NCBI GenBank assembly: GCA_030141605.1
Contig: JAQGDQ010002066.1
Location: forward strand, 1 to 16,060
Direction of reading: 5' to 3'
DNA length: 16,060 nucleotides
Origin: Tubiluchus corallicola
Taxonomy: Eukaryota; Animalia; Priapulida
Shown: positions 1 to 11,589 of the stretch, one piece after another
How the letters are laid out: every line of letters starts with the position of its first letter
How positions within the stretch are numbered: the first letter of the stretch is position 1
Program-made: the position numbers and the translations under genes
The notes under the pieces: generated by a model
Told to the model about the DNA's origin: nothing
Databases searched by the model: none
Seen by the model: only the letters and a program-made list of their open reading frames with translations

Positions 1-413
1 CAAACTAACTCTGGGAGACAAATCAAAGCAGTACTCTGTGTGCCCGTACCCGGAAACCTCTTCATTTAATACACACGTATGTACTGAAGTCGAAAACCCT
101 GTCCAGCTAGCATGTTCCCCATAGCTTACTAACTCTGGGAGACAAATCAAAGCAGAACTCTGTGTACCCGTACCAAAAAACCTCTTCCATTTAATACACG
201 TATGTATTGAAGTCGAAGCCCACATCCAGCTAGCATGTTCCCCATAGCTTGCTAACTCTGGAGACAAATCAAAGCACTCTGTGTACCGTACCCGAAAGCC
301 TCTTCATTTAATACACACGTATGTGCTAAGTCGAAAACCCTGTCCAGCTAGCATGTTCCCCATAGCTTACTAACTCTGAGAGACAAATCAAAGCAGCACT
401 CTGTGTACCCGTA
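1..413 (-). repeat. 124-bp minisatellite array, left arm (~3.3 copies visible, truncated by the window)
   Basis: Reverse complement of the unit at 2021-2638. AACTCTGGGAGACAAATCAAAGCA and variants recur at ~7, 131, 254 and 372. Several copies carry small indels. Confidence 0.95.
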
Positions 414-971
414 ACACTGCTTCGAAAACTACACTCTGAGTGCCTTGATGCAATTTTAAAAGCTATTGTTTACTATTGTACCACACAAGTTTCTGCTTAT
501 GCCTGTTCTTTTCTGTGTTTTTGCATGTGTTTGGGTTTCCATTACCAAAGAAATGCCAGTAGCAAATATTTTCACAAAGCAAACAAAAACCTTTTTTGAA
601 ACAAACAAACAAACATCTTTAGTTAACACACACGTATATATGCAAAGCCTAAAACCATGGTGCGCGCTGTTGAGCATTTTTAAAGGGTGTATGATTACTT
701 GCACTGCTTGGAGTCTTCAATTTGGTGCGTTTTTTTTCAAAACTCTGTCTTAATCTCTTGCGGTTAGACAGTCTTGGAATAACCATTGTACAGCTTAACA
801 ACCTTTTAAAGTCTCAATTGATATATTTACTGCAATGCTCATGTCATTGCTTTAATTATTGAGCTGCATTTTCGTAAAGTAATTTCTCAACTTTTTGCTT
901 TTATTGGAATGCAAATCATTACTGAAGACAGTTTTTTTTAGTTTTTTCTTATGAGAGTGGACAGTAATCTT

Positions 972-1016
972 GAGAGAGAGAGGGAGAGAGAGAGAGAGAG
1001 AGAGAAGAGAGAGAGT

Positions 1017-1061
<45 letters not shown>

Positions 1062-1105
1062 AGAAAGAGGAGAGAAAGAGAGAGAAAGAGAGAGAAAGAG
1101 AGAGA

Positions 1106-1146
<41 letters not shown>

Positions 1147-1232
1147 ACACACACACACAGACACACACACACACACACACACAGAGAGAGACAGAGAGAG
1201 AGAGCGAGAGGGAGGGAGGGAGGCAGAGGCAC

Positions 1233-1292
<60 letters not shown>
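972..1292. repeat. Compound (GA)n/(CA)n microsatellite in the fold-back loop
   Basis: (GA)n with an internal (CA)n block at ~1144-1182. Confidence 0.97.
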
Positions 1293-1295
<3 letters not shown>

Positions 1296-2020
1296 TTGGA
1301 ATCGTTTCAAGGCTGATGTGATGAAATAATAAAAAAAAACTTTCGTTGCAATTTTCAACTTAATTTACATAAATCAATTGTTCTTAATTTTTTCAAATGC
1401 AGACAATCAAAAAAATTCAAAAACAATCCCAATTTGCAGAATTAGATATTTCTGGAATAAAAAAGCTGCCTCACCACTTTAACTGTTAGAAAATATACAT
1501 GAATCTAGTTTGAGATTGCATAACGATATTTGTAGGTAACGTTGTTGGTTGTTGTTAATTATTATTATTATTAAGCTTTAAAATTTCATAACTGTTATTC
1601 TCTGACACAGAATGGGTACTTACAGACCAGCGAGTTAGTAATTATAACATTTTAAAAGACTCCCTTGAATCTGTTTCAGCAAATTCTTGTGCAAATTTGT
1701 CTATGCGCCTATATAGCGTTTCAGCCACAATAAGCTGGTTCTAGACACGTTTGCTACAAGACATCCGAAATTAGCACCATGGTTTTAGGCTTTGCATATA
1801 TACTTGTGTGTTAACTAAAGATGTTTGTTTGTTTCAAAAAAAGGTTTTTGTTTGCTTTGTGAAAATATTTGCTACTGGCATTTCTTTCGTAATGGAAACC
1901 CAAACACATGCAAAAACACGGAAAAGAACAGGCATAAGCAGAAACTTGTGTGGTACAATAGTAAACAATAGCTTTTAAAATTGCATCAAGGCACTCAGAG
2001 TGTAGTTTTCGAAGCAGTGT

Positions 2021-2638
2021 TACGGGTACACAGAGTGCTGCTTTGATTTGTCTCTCAGAGTTAGTAAGCTATGGGGAACATGCTAGCTGGACAGGGTTTT
2101 CGACTTTAGCACATACGTGTGTATTAAATGAAGAGGTTTTCGGGTACGGGTACACAGAGTGCTGCTTTGATTTGTCTCCCAGAGTTAGCAAGCTATGGGG
2201 AACATGCTAGCTGGACAGGGTTTTCGACTTCAATACATACGTGTGTATTAAATGAAGAGGTTTTCGGGTACGGGTACACAGAGTACTGCTTTGATTTGTC
2301 TCCCAGAGTTAGTAAGCTATGGGGAACATGCTAGCTGGACAGGGTTTTCGACTTCAGTACATACGTGTGTATTAAATGAAGAGGTTTCCGGGTACGGGCA
2401 CACAGAGTACTGCTTTGATTTGTCTCCCAGAGTTAGTTTGCCATGGGGAACATGCTAGCTGGACAGGGTTTTCGACTTCAGTACATACGTGTGTATTAAA
2501 TGAAGAGGTTTTCGGGTACGGGTACACAGAGTGCTGCTTTGATTTGTCTCCCAGAGTTAGTAAGCTATGGGGAACATGCTAACTGGACAGGGTTTTCGAC
2601 TTCAGTACATACGTGTGTATTAAATGAAGAGGTTTTCG
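2021..2638 (+). repeat. 124-bp minisatellite array, right arm (5 copies)
   Basis: Unit TACGGGTACACAGAGT...ATTAAATGAAGAGGTTTTCGGG starts at 2021, 2145, 2269, 2393 and 2517. The 124-bp period is also shown by ORF starts at 2128/2252/2376. No indels between copies. Confidence 0.97.
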
Positions 2639-2796
2639 TCTTTCGCTAGCTAAGGGGAACGGAACACCTGCGATAAGTGAGGGAACACTGCAATATACAA
2701 TGAAATACATACGTTTATGATTTATATGCATATGAAATATATATATATGCTCTGTTATATGATTTCCTTGAAAGCAGCTAGGAAATTGCCTCAATT

Positions 2797-2859
2797 CGGT
2801 TTTCAGGGCAGTCGCATACCCATCTGTTAACCAGTCTCGACGTGGTTTAACTTTCGTGA
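2797..2859 (-). pseudogene. Possible degenerate 5S rRNA-derived fragment (3' part / internal control region)
   Basis: Minus strand reads TCACGAAAGTTAAACCACGTCGAGACTGGTTAACAGATGGGTATGCGACTGCCCTGAAAACCG. This resembles invertebrate 5S rRNA as recalled from memory (TCACCGAAGTTAAGCAACGTCGAGCCCGGTTAGTACTTGGATGGGTGACCGCCTGGGAATACCG), about 25/32 identities over the first block. The 5' part of 5S is not recognisable. Confidence 0.4.
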
Positions 2860-3252
2860 CTTAACACGTATCATCAGTCCTCAATTGTATACACACAAAA
2901 ACTGTTTGTCTCCATTTACAGTTTCTGAGAACAATGATTCCTCGATGACAGTTTTGTCACATTACTCTTCCTTCTCCTCGTCAAAGATGTCTTTCTTCGA
3001 GATTAATGTTTTCAGTTCCTGAAGTTCTGTCATTCGAAATATTAGCGAAGGTTAGTTAGCTTAGGTCTGCCGGTTTGAATTTTAACTGTGATATGCATAT
3101 AATTTATGATTTATTGGGTATAAAATACACGATTACAGAGAAACATGGCGACTGTCTCAATTTTTTTACGAGACAATGGGCGTTCATTCGAAAAATAGTT
3201 CAAATAATTTTTCATAAATATTGTTAGGAAGGCAAATTTTGAAATCTTGAAA

Positions 3253-3555
<303 letters not shown>

Positions 3556-3720
3556 ACGAAGGCAGATTTTGACCAACCCCCTAATATTGGTAATGGGTAT
3601 GGTTGAGAAGCCCAGTAATGCGAATGTACCTGTATAAAACAAAATGCATGCCGTAATTTGACGATTCCAACCTGGCCTTTCTGTCTGTAGGAAAGAGTGA
3701 GAACACATGGAAACAGTGAG

Positions 3721-3770
3721 TACGCATCACGCATTACGGATTACACATCACGTGCTACGCATTACGCGCA
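3721..3770. repeat. Degenerate 7-bp tandem repeat (YACGCAT x ~7)
   Basis: TACGCAT CACGCAT TACGGAT TACACAT CACGTGC TACGCAT TACGCGC. Confidence 0.7.
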
Positions 3771-4015
3771 CACGGAGTCGTAGTTTTACGCTGCAATCAA
3801 GTAGGTCCATACTAGGCAACGGTAAATATTGCAAAATAGCAACTGAGGTGCGATTAATGCTTAGAGAAGCCAAGTAAATGAGATGGATAATCAATCCTGT
3901 CTGCGCTGATGTTTCACTAACTCGCTGACAGTGCGAACTGCAATAAAACAAAAAGAATTGGAGGCTCGAGATGCTGCATTAACCTAGCAGATCGACGTCT
4001 ATGGCAAAAAAAACA

Positions 4016-4155
4016 ATAATGATATAATATAATAATATATTATTATATATATTATAATATATAATAATAATAATGATGATAATAATAATAATTATAATAA
4101 TAATGATAATAATAATAATAACAATAATAATGATAATAATATATAATTATAATAT
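4016..4155. repeat. Imperfect (AAT)n/(AT)n microsatellite
   Basis: Direct reading. Confidence 0.93.
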
Positions 4156-4567
4156 TGAGCTGAACAGGTGAAAGTGCATTGTACATTCATAGGCATCAGG
4201 CCTACCAACCTACAGGTAATGTTATGACCCCCACTTTAAACTAGGAAGCCCATGACATTACCTGAGATTGGTTTCTGCTTTTAATATACCCAGGTTATAT
4301 GCCAGCTCGTACTGCGTAGTTAGGATTTTCAAAGTAGAGGAAAACAATAGGGAAATTTGTATGAATTCAAACCGGATCAAAGATACAAATTACTTCTGAC
4401 AATGATGATCATTTCCTGACCAACGCGCATCAAGTCTGTGGTCACCGGGGGCAGTTTCTGGACACAGTTTAATCGTGAAATAGTGCAGAAGCAGACAAGC
4501 CAGACATGTAGGAGTTGCTAGACCAACCGTCTGGCTATGACCAGTGTGAGAACTGTTATACAAACTG

Positions 4568-5266
4568 CTACTACACTACTACTACACTACCATTACCATT
4601 ACCACTACCATTACCACTACCACTACCACCACCACTACCACTACCACTACCATTTACCATTACCACTACCACTACCACCACTATCACTACCACCACCACT
4701 ATCATTACCACTACCATTACCATTACCACTACCACTACCACTACCACTACCACTACCATTACCACTACCACAACTACTACCACTACCACTGCCACTACCA
4801 CTATCACTACTACTACACTACCACTACCATTACCACTACCATTACCACTACCACCACCACTACCATTACCATTACCACTATCATTACCATTACCACTACC
4901 ATTACCACTACCACCACCACTACCATTACCATTACCACTACCACTACCACTACCACCACCACTACCATTACCACCACCACTACCACTACCATTACCACTA
5001 CCATTACCACTACCACCACCACTACCATTACCACCACCACTACCACTACCATTACCACTACCATTACCACTACCACCACCACTACCATTACCATTACCAC
5101 TACCACACCACTACCACTACACACCATTACCACTACCATTACCACTACCATTACCACCACCACCACCACTACCACTACCACCACTATCACTACCACCACC
5201 ACTACCATTACCATTACCACTAAAACTAAAACCACCACTACCATTACCACTACCACAACTACTACT
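4568..5266. repeat. ~700-bp (ACC/ACT/ATT)n trinucleotide array with hexamer patterning (CCATTA, CCACTA, CCACCA)
   Basis: Direct reading; explains the poly-LP, poly-HY, poly-T and poly-V ORFs. Confidence 0.96.
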
Positions 5267-5547
5267 GTATGATAATGTTCAGTTGACCTTCACGGTTGCT
5301 GTGTGACTTCATCTTCGGTCTTCCTTATCTTTTGTCCATTTGCACCCTTATCATTATCTTTCTATAGCTTAATCATTTCTTTTCTTTTTTTTTGTGAAGT
5401 TCATTTTTATCACATCAACCTGAGTCGTATCTTTAATTTCCACAACAGATATTATAAATACTCCTTAAAAAACCACTTTTGTAATTTTTACTTAGTGCTC
5501 TAATACGTTTAGTTAAAATTCTAGCGCCCCATTACATTAAATTTCCT

Positions 5548-5732
5548 AATAGAATAGAGAAGAATAGACTAGAATAGAATAGAATAAGACAGGACAGGAC
5601 AGGACAGGACAGGACAGGACAGGACAGGACAGGACAGGACAGGACAGGACAGGACAGGACAGGACAGGACAGGACAGGACAGGGCAGCGCAGGACAGGAT
5701 CAGACAACACAGGAGAGAATAGGAATAGAATA
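5548..5732. repeat. Pentanucleotide compound repeat (AATAG)n-(GACAG)n-(AATAG)n
   Basis: AATAG-type units 5548-5587, pure GACAG ~5588-5682, degenerate units returning to AATAG by 5718-5732. Confidence 0.95.
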
Positions 5733-6513
5733 TTCTTTTTTATTCTAAAGCGTTTTGCGTTGTCATGGTTTCCTAACATTTCGTATTGTTTGAAAAAATA
5801 ATCACAGCATTCTTAGTACACTTTTCGCTAATTAAGCAAATGCACAAATTGCTTTACCTTGTAAATAAGTCCTATACTGTGTTTTTATTTGTGAATCGGT
5901 GATGCACACTGGGATGGCTATCCAGTGCCGTTCTACCAATTGGCGCGCATATCTCAAATTATTATGAATTTTCTTTTCCAATTAAATTAATCTTTCAAAC
6001 AAGAGAGTGTAATAACTTTGCACGGTAGTTCTACGGGGCATACAGGGGAAAATTCCCCTTTCTTCCCTGCAAAGTAAGTCTAAAGATTACACATTACACA
6101 ATTCTTGCTGCAACAAGCGAGCCTTCGGTTAGCCTATTGTCTGTGTACCAAACAGTACCAAGTAGTTTAATGTATGCCATGTAAACTTCTCTTTAATGTA
6201 TGCCATGTAAACTTGTGCTTGTTGTGAAAGCAACCAAGCCTACCTAAGCAAAACCAGTTCCTTTTTATAGATACGTTTCTCACATGTTCGACCATCTGTT
6301 TCTGACCAACAATTCTTGCATTTTTTCAGCGTTATGGGGTAGCGCCAAAGCCTCCTCATCTACTTACTGGCTTCCCTAAAATCATGCTGTGTCAACAATG
6401 GACGAGTACTTAAACAGCTCAGCATTGCGAGATCTTGCCGCTAGGTCTCTATTTAGTTTAGTTTATTGAGTTTTTGTAGCTCAGAGGTAAATGGTAGAAT
6501 CATGGATCAGAGT

Positions 6514-7549
<1,036 letters not shown>

Positions 7550-7942
7550 GGGAGCTATTTAAGACGTTTAGCATTTTGTATTTAGGAATTTGTGAAAGTT
7601 TATAGGTCTTAACTGTGACCAAAGTTTGCCATTTCCCCCAAAACCCTGTTGGTCTTATTAAACTGCTATTAAGTACTATTAATATCAATGCGTGTGGCTT
7701 TATTGTCATGTAATTTAACCTTTATAATACATCACTTGTCCACAATGATTACACAATTCCCTGTGCGCATGTGCAACGGATGCTGGTGAACATTTGTCTT
7801 CAAACACGAAGGCAAACAGTGAAAGTATTTTTCCTTCTAAAAGGTCAGTATGATAAATGGTTTAAACGTTCAATACGTAAGCAAAGGTTCAACGCCTTTT
7901 TTAATTCAAGCAATATGTGATCCAAGGCGTTATAAAAGAGGT

Positions 7943-8365
7943 GAATCTCTAATTTATCAAAATTGACCAGTTCGTGATTGGTCAAGTCATCAATTCTTAC
8001 GAAGAACAAGTTCAAAATAGTGTAAACATTACAATTTAGTATAAACATTTCGCGTTCCTTCATACTATTGTGTTGTAGAATTCTCGCTTAATAAACTAGT
8101 TTAATTTGATGAAGGGTTTTCTGGTTTTCTTTACGAGCCTTCCGAGAGAAACAAAACACAACAATTTATCCACAGGCCCCGCTTTTAGCAATATCTAACT
8201 TACGTTTACACAAAACTTAAACAAAATTTACATAGTGAGGATAGGCAAATTTAGTAGTAAATTTTGAGAACAAACCTTCAGCAAGTAAGTCAATTTGTAA
8301 ACGTAATTCTATCTGGCTTTGTCTGAAATGAGAAAAGTTCTTGTACACATCATGTGTATACAGCA

Positions 8366-8407
<42 letters not shown>

Positions 8408-8819
8408 GTAATAATAAATATCATCTTCATTTAAAGTCGGCTTTTGGGTCAACAATTAACATTAGCTCAAAGAGCTATTATCGCCGACTGTAAATAACAT
8501 CCTACAACTACATAACAGAGACTATTATTACCCCGCTTTTACCCTAAATACCACGCGTCGGGCAGGGCAGCAGCGTGTACCATTTTTAAAGTCTTTGGTA
8601 TGACCCGGCCGCTGGCTCGAACTCACGACCTCCCAGACGGAAAGCAGACGCATTACCACTAGACTAAACCGTCTGGTCATATAACATATGATATATATAT
8701 GATATGATATAATATATATATATATATTAAGTGAAATATAAGAATTTCTAGTTTATCAAAAGAGATCAGTTCGTGAATTCTTACAAGTCATGAATTCTTA
8801 CAAAAAGAAAGTTCAAAAT
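7943..8819 (+). repeat. Diverged ~76-bp direct repeat pair (7943-8018 and 8742-8819)
   Basis: GAATCTCTAATTTATCAAAATTGACCAGTTCGTGA...CAAGTCATCAATTCTTACGAAGAACAAGTTCAAAAT versus GAATTTCTAGTTTATCAAAAGAGATCAGTTCGTGA...CAAGTCATGAATTCTTACAAAAAGAAAGTTCAAAAT. Confidence 0.8.
8366..8678 (-). mobile_element. tRNA-derived SINE (SINE2), probably with an (ATT)n tail
   Basis: Minus-strand head GACCAGACGGTTTAGTCTAGTGGTAATGCGTCTGC...GGTCGTGAGTTCGAGCC. It has a Pol III A-box-like TAGTCTAGTGG (8656-8666) and a B-box GAGTTCGAGCC (8614-8624), followed by GGGTCATACCAAAGACTTTAAAAATGGTAC, a segment I recall from metazoan Meta-type SINEs. The 3' boundary is inferred from the (AAT)n run at 8366-8418. Confidence 0.8.
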
Positions 8820-9300
8820 GAAATACAGTATAAGAATTGGTTGCCAGTTAATTTATCTAATTAACCTGGTAATTCCTTCGTTGAATAAAAATTTGAACGT
8901 TAAATACAGAGTGCTAGGAATTTAATTCTTTCTCAGAAAATGTCTAGGTTTGCTCTAGTTTCTCAAGCAGTCAGACCGTTAGAGGCAGTTTCTCTCGGGG
9001 GCGACAAAACCATCCAAATATTTATAGTCGTTACGTCGTGGTTTGTTAATATGTGTGAGTTTGTGTAAATGGTGGAGTAAGTCAGTAAATTTTAACACTT
9101 TAGCTCATATAAACAAAACTTTTTATGATTTCTGTTGCGTACAATTACATACCAAACAGATTATACATTATAAGTTTACAAAAATGGTAATTACTTATCA
9201 TCGTGGTTACACGCAGTAGTTAAAATATAACATTACATAGACTAAAAAGTAATGTAATCGAATTAGGATTCTTGGAGCAAAAAGCCAGTAATGGTGGAAA

Positions 9301-9336
<36 letters not shown>

Positions 9337-9769
9337 ATGACTCATACGTCCAGGGACATGATTCTGCTCACCTCTCTATGCTAGGACTCCCTACACGTTG
9401 CAATGCCCCAAGTGCATTTACCTTTAAGGATCAGGACTAAAATGTTTAAATCTTTCTGTGCAAAATCTAAATATGTTAACATTTGTCCTCCTGCAGGTTT
9501 TTTAGCTGGTTCTATGGCTTGTTGAAGAGCTATCTTCACTGGAATATCATCAGGTAGTCTAAGCATATGCCCAATCCATCTTAAACAGCATCCTTTTATT
9601 TTTATTGTCCAATGTTCCCTCTTTTATTTTTTCATATAGATCTTTGTTTGAAATTTTCTTTGGCCATCTAATACCCAAAATGTTTCTGTAATTTCGCTTT
9701 TGAAACGCATCGATTTCAGCTTTATGATTTGCTTTTAATTTCTGCTGCTCTCTGGTGGACCTTCCACAG
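9301..9769 (-). mobile_element. 5'-truncated RTE-like non-LTR retrotransposon (3' end of ORF, frameshifted) with (GAT)n tail and 24-bp TSD
   Basis: Minus-strand translation IDAFQKRNYRNILGIRWPKKISNKDLYEK, then after a frameshift LRWIGHMLRLPDDIPVKIAL...KKPAGG...KDL, typical of the RTE-clade C-terminal region. Tail is (CAT)n at 9301-9334 on the + strand. Identical GCAAAAAGCCAGTAATGGTGGAAA at 9277-9300 and 9770-9793. Confidence 0.9.
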
Positions 9770-10252
9770 GCAAAAAGCCAGTAATGGTGGAAACCTTCGA
9801 GAGGCAAAAAGTCAATGACGGTTACATCATATGAATAATTTTTTATAAGCAAATTGCATATAATACAGTGAACAAGCTATGCATCGTTTGCTAAACTAAA
9901 AACGAACAGAAATTATTTATCGTGTGTGTACCGCTAACCTACATAATTTCTGTAAAGTAGTAAGAGCTGAATTTTCGTAGCAATTTCTTAAAATTTGACC
10001 ATAACTACTTTATATTTGAATGATAGTTGGCTATCAGACAGCGGTCAGTTGTATTAATTATTATTATGTACTGAACGACAGCCTGGATGGTTCGTTAACA
10101 TGTAACATGGCGTCTTCGATGATTTAATTTATGATCTAATGAAGACAGGGATAGGTTGCCATTTTAAATCAGTTAGAGACTCATGACTTAGATGACTTAG
10201 CCCTCATTTTATTGTACATTTCAGTCTCTTCGTGAAACACTATATGTACCTA

Positions 10253-10392
<140 letters not shown>

Positions 10393-10393
<1 letters not shown>

Positions 10394-10629
10394 TTGAGTT
10401 TTGTTGCAAAAATAACTACTTGATGTTGATGCTGTAATAATAGAGAGATCAACGCAGTTCTCATCATTTTTGTCGATATCGCCCTCATCGTCATCATTGT
10501 TTGTAATATTATCATCGTCATCGTCATCGTCGTCATCATCGTGATCATTATCATCGTCATCGTCATCAAAATCGTCATCATCATCATCATCATCATCATC
10601 ACCATCACCATCATCATCATCATAACTAT

Positions 10630-10662
<33 letters not shown>

Positions 10663-11347
10663 ATATGAGAATAAACTACTACTACTACTACTCCACTAAA
10701 TCACCACCACCACTACCACTACCACTACCACTACCACTGCCACTACCCCTACCACTACCACTACCACTACCACTACCACTACCACTACCACTACCTCTAC
10801 CACTACCATTACCACTTTGGAATTAATTTCTACCCTATCGCCGCTAGAAGTCATGTTCATAGCAATGTGCACAAAACTGGTTTTGAAAACATTAACACTC
10901 ACTGATAATTTTTGAAAAAATACTATGTTTCCTTTCAATATTTTAAAGAATAGATTGTTTTGACCTACAGTTCAAAATTGGGTGCGGTTTTGCTTTAACT
11001 TTCACTGAAACTGATACTAGTTTCGATACGATGTCTTGACAAACGACTGAGCTTATTCATTTTAGCACTGCGATGAATTTGCGACGCTCAGCGGCTTAGT
11101 TCACGTCGAGTTGTGGAGAAGTCAAGCAAAATGTTCTCGATTTGTTATCAACTGTCAAAGTCAAATAAACAACAAGTGTTTTAAATCTGCGCCTTCAACT
11201 CGCTGCTTCTGAAAGCAATTTTTGATGTTTGTTGTTGAAGGATTGAGTTTTGTTGCAAAAATAACTACTTGATGTTGATGCTGTAATAATAGAGAGATCA
11301 ATGCAGTTCTCATCATTTTCGTCGATATCGCCCTCATCGTCATCATT
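10393..11347 (+). repeat. 106-bp direct duplication (10393-10498 and 11242-11347), each copy running into a (CAT/CGT)n tract
   Basis: ATTGAGTTTTGTTGCAAAAATAACTACTTGATG...GATATCGCCCTCATCGTCATCATT occurs twice, 849 bp apart, with 2 mismatches. Confidence 0.95.
10485..10815. repeat. Compound (CAT/CGT)n-(TA)n-(ACT)n-(ACC/ACT)n microsatellite
   Basis: Direct reading. Confidence 0.93.
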
Positions 11348-11399
11348 ATTATTATTATCATCATCGTCGTCGTCGCCACCGCCGTCGTCATCGTCATCG

Positions 11400-11496
<97 letters not shown>

Positions 11497-11531
11497 TCAT
11501 CAGCATCATCATCATAATCATCATCATCATC
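11335..11531. repeat. (CAT)n microsatellite
   Basis: Perfect run ~11401-11495; source of the poly-M, poly-D and poly-S ORFs. Confidence 0.96.
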
Positions 11532-11589
11532 TCTGCCATGACGACAATGTGCTGCAACAGAAAGCCTCTCTTCCATTTTACTAACTTTT

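Larger units (their letters stand above)
1..2638. mobile_element. Large fold-back (inverted repeat) structure, Foldback-transposon-like; left end cut by the window edge
   Basis: 1-663 is the reverse complement of 1774-2440. Inner junctions: ...AAAACCATGGTGC ending at 663 and GCACCATGGTTTT... starting at 1774. Position 1 CAAACTAAC pairs with GTTAGTTTG ending at 2440. Each arm has an outer tandem array and an inner ~250-bp unique segment; the loop 664-1773 is non-matching. The inverted repeat is directly seen; transposon identity is inferred from architecture only (no termini, TSD or transposase visible). Confidence 0.6.

Noticed and set aside
456-753. 82-aa and 95-aa ORFs in the inner arm
   Set aside because: No recognisable motif; they lie in the inverted-repeat arm and are expected by chance.
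2128-2582. Three similar 68-aa ORFs
   Set aside because: By-product of the 124-bp period (not a multiple of 3); the ORFs overlap and are disrupted in the mirrored arm.
2021-2638. CRISPR-like appearance of the 124-bp, 74-bp and linker/TTCA arrays
   Set aside because: No unique spacers, no cas genes, eukaryotic context; these are tandem repeats.
2820-2885. Hammerhead-ribozyme-like motif on the minus strand (CTGATGA...GAAA followed by a GTTAA/TTAAC stem)
   Set aside because: Stem II is offset from the core, the required UH cleavage site after stem III is missing and no stem I pairing is found.
4518-4536. CTAGACCAACCGTCTGG resembling the SINE 5' end at 8659-8676
   Set aside because: Only ~17 bp, with no B box or body at the expected distance.
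6044-6059. Palindrome AGGGGAAAATTCCCCT, kappaB-site-like
   Set aside because: A single short motif with atypical spacing and no promoter context.
8600-8678. Functional tRNA gene
   Set aside because: A and B boxes are present but there is no convincing acceptor stem, and the sequence continues into a SINE body; called as a SINE head.
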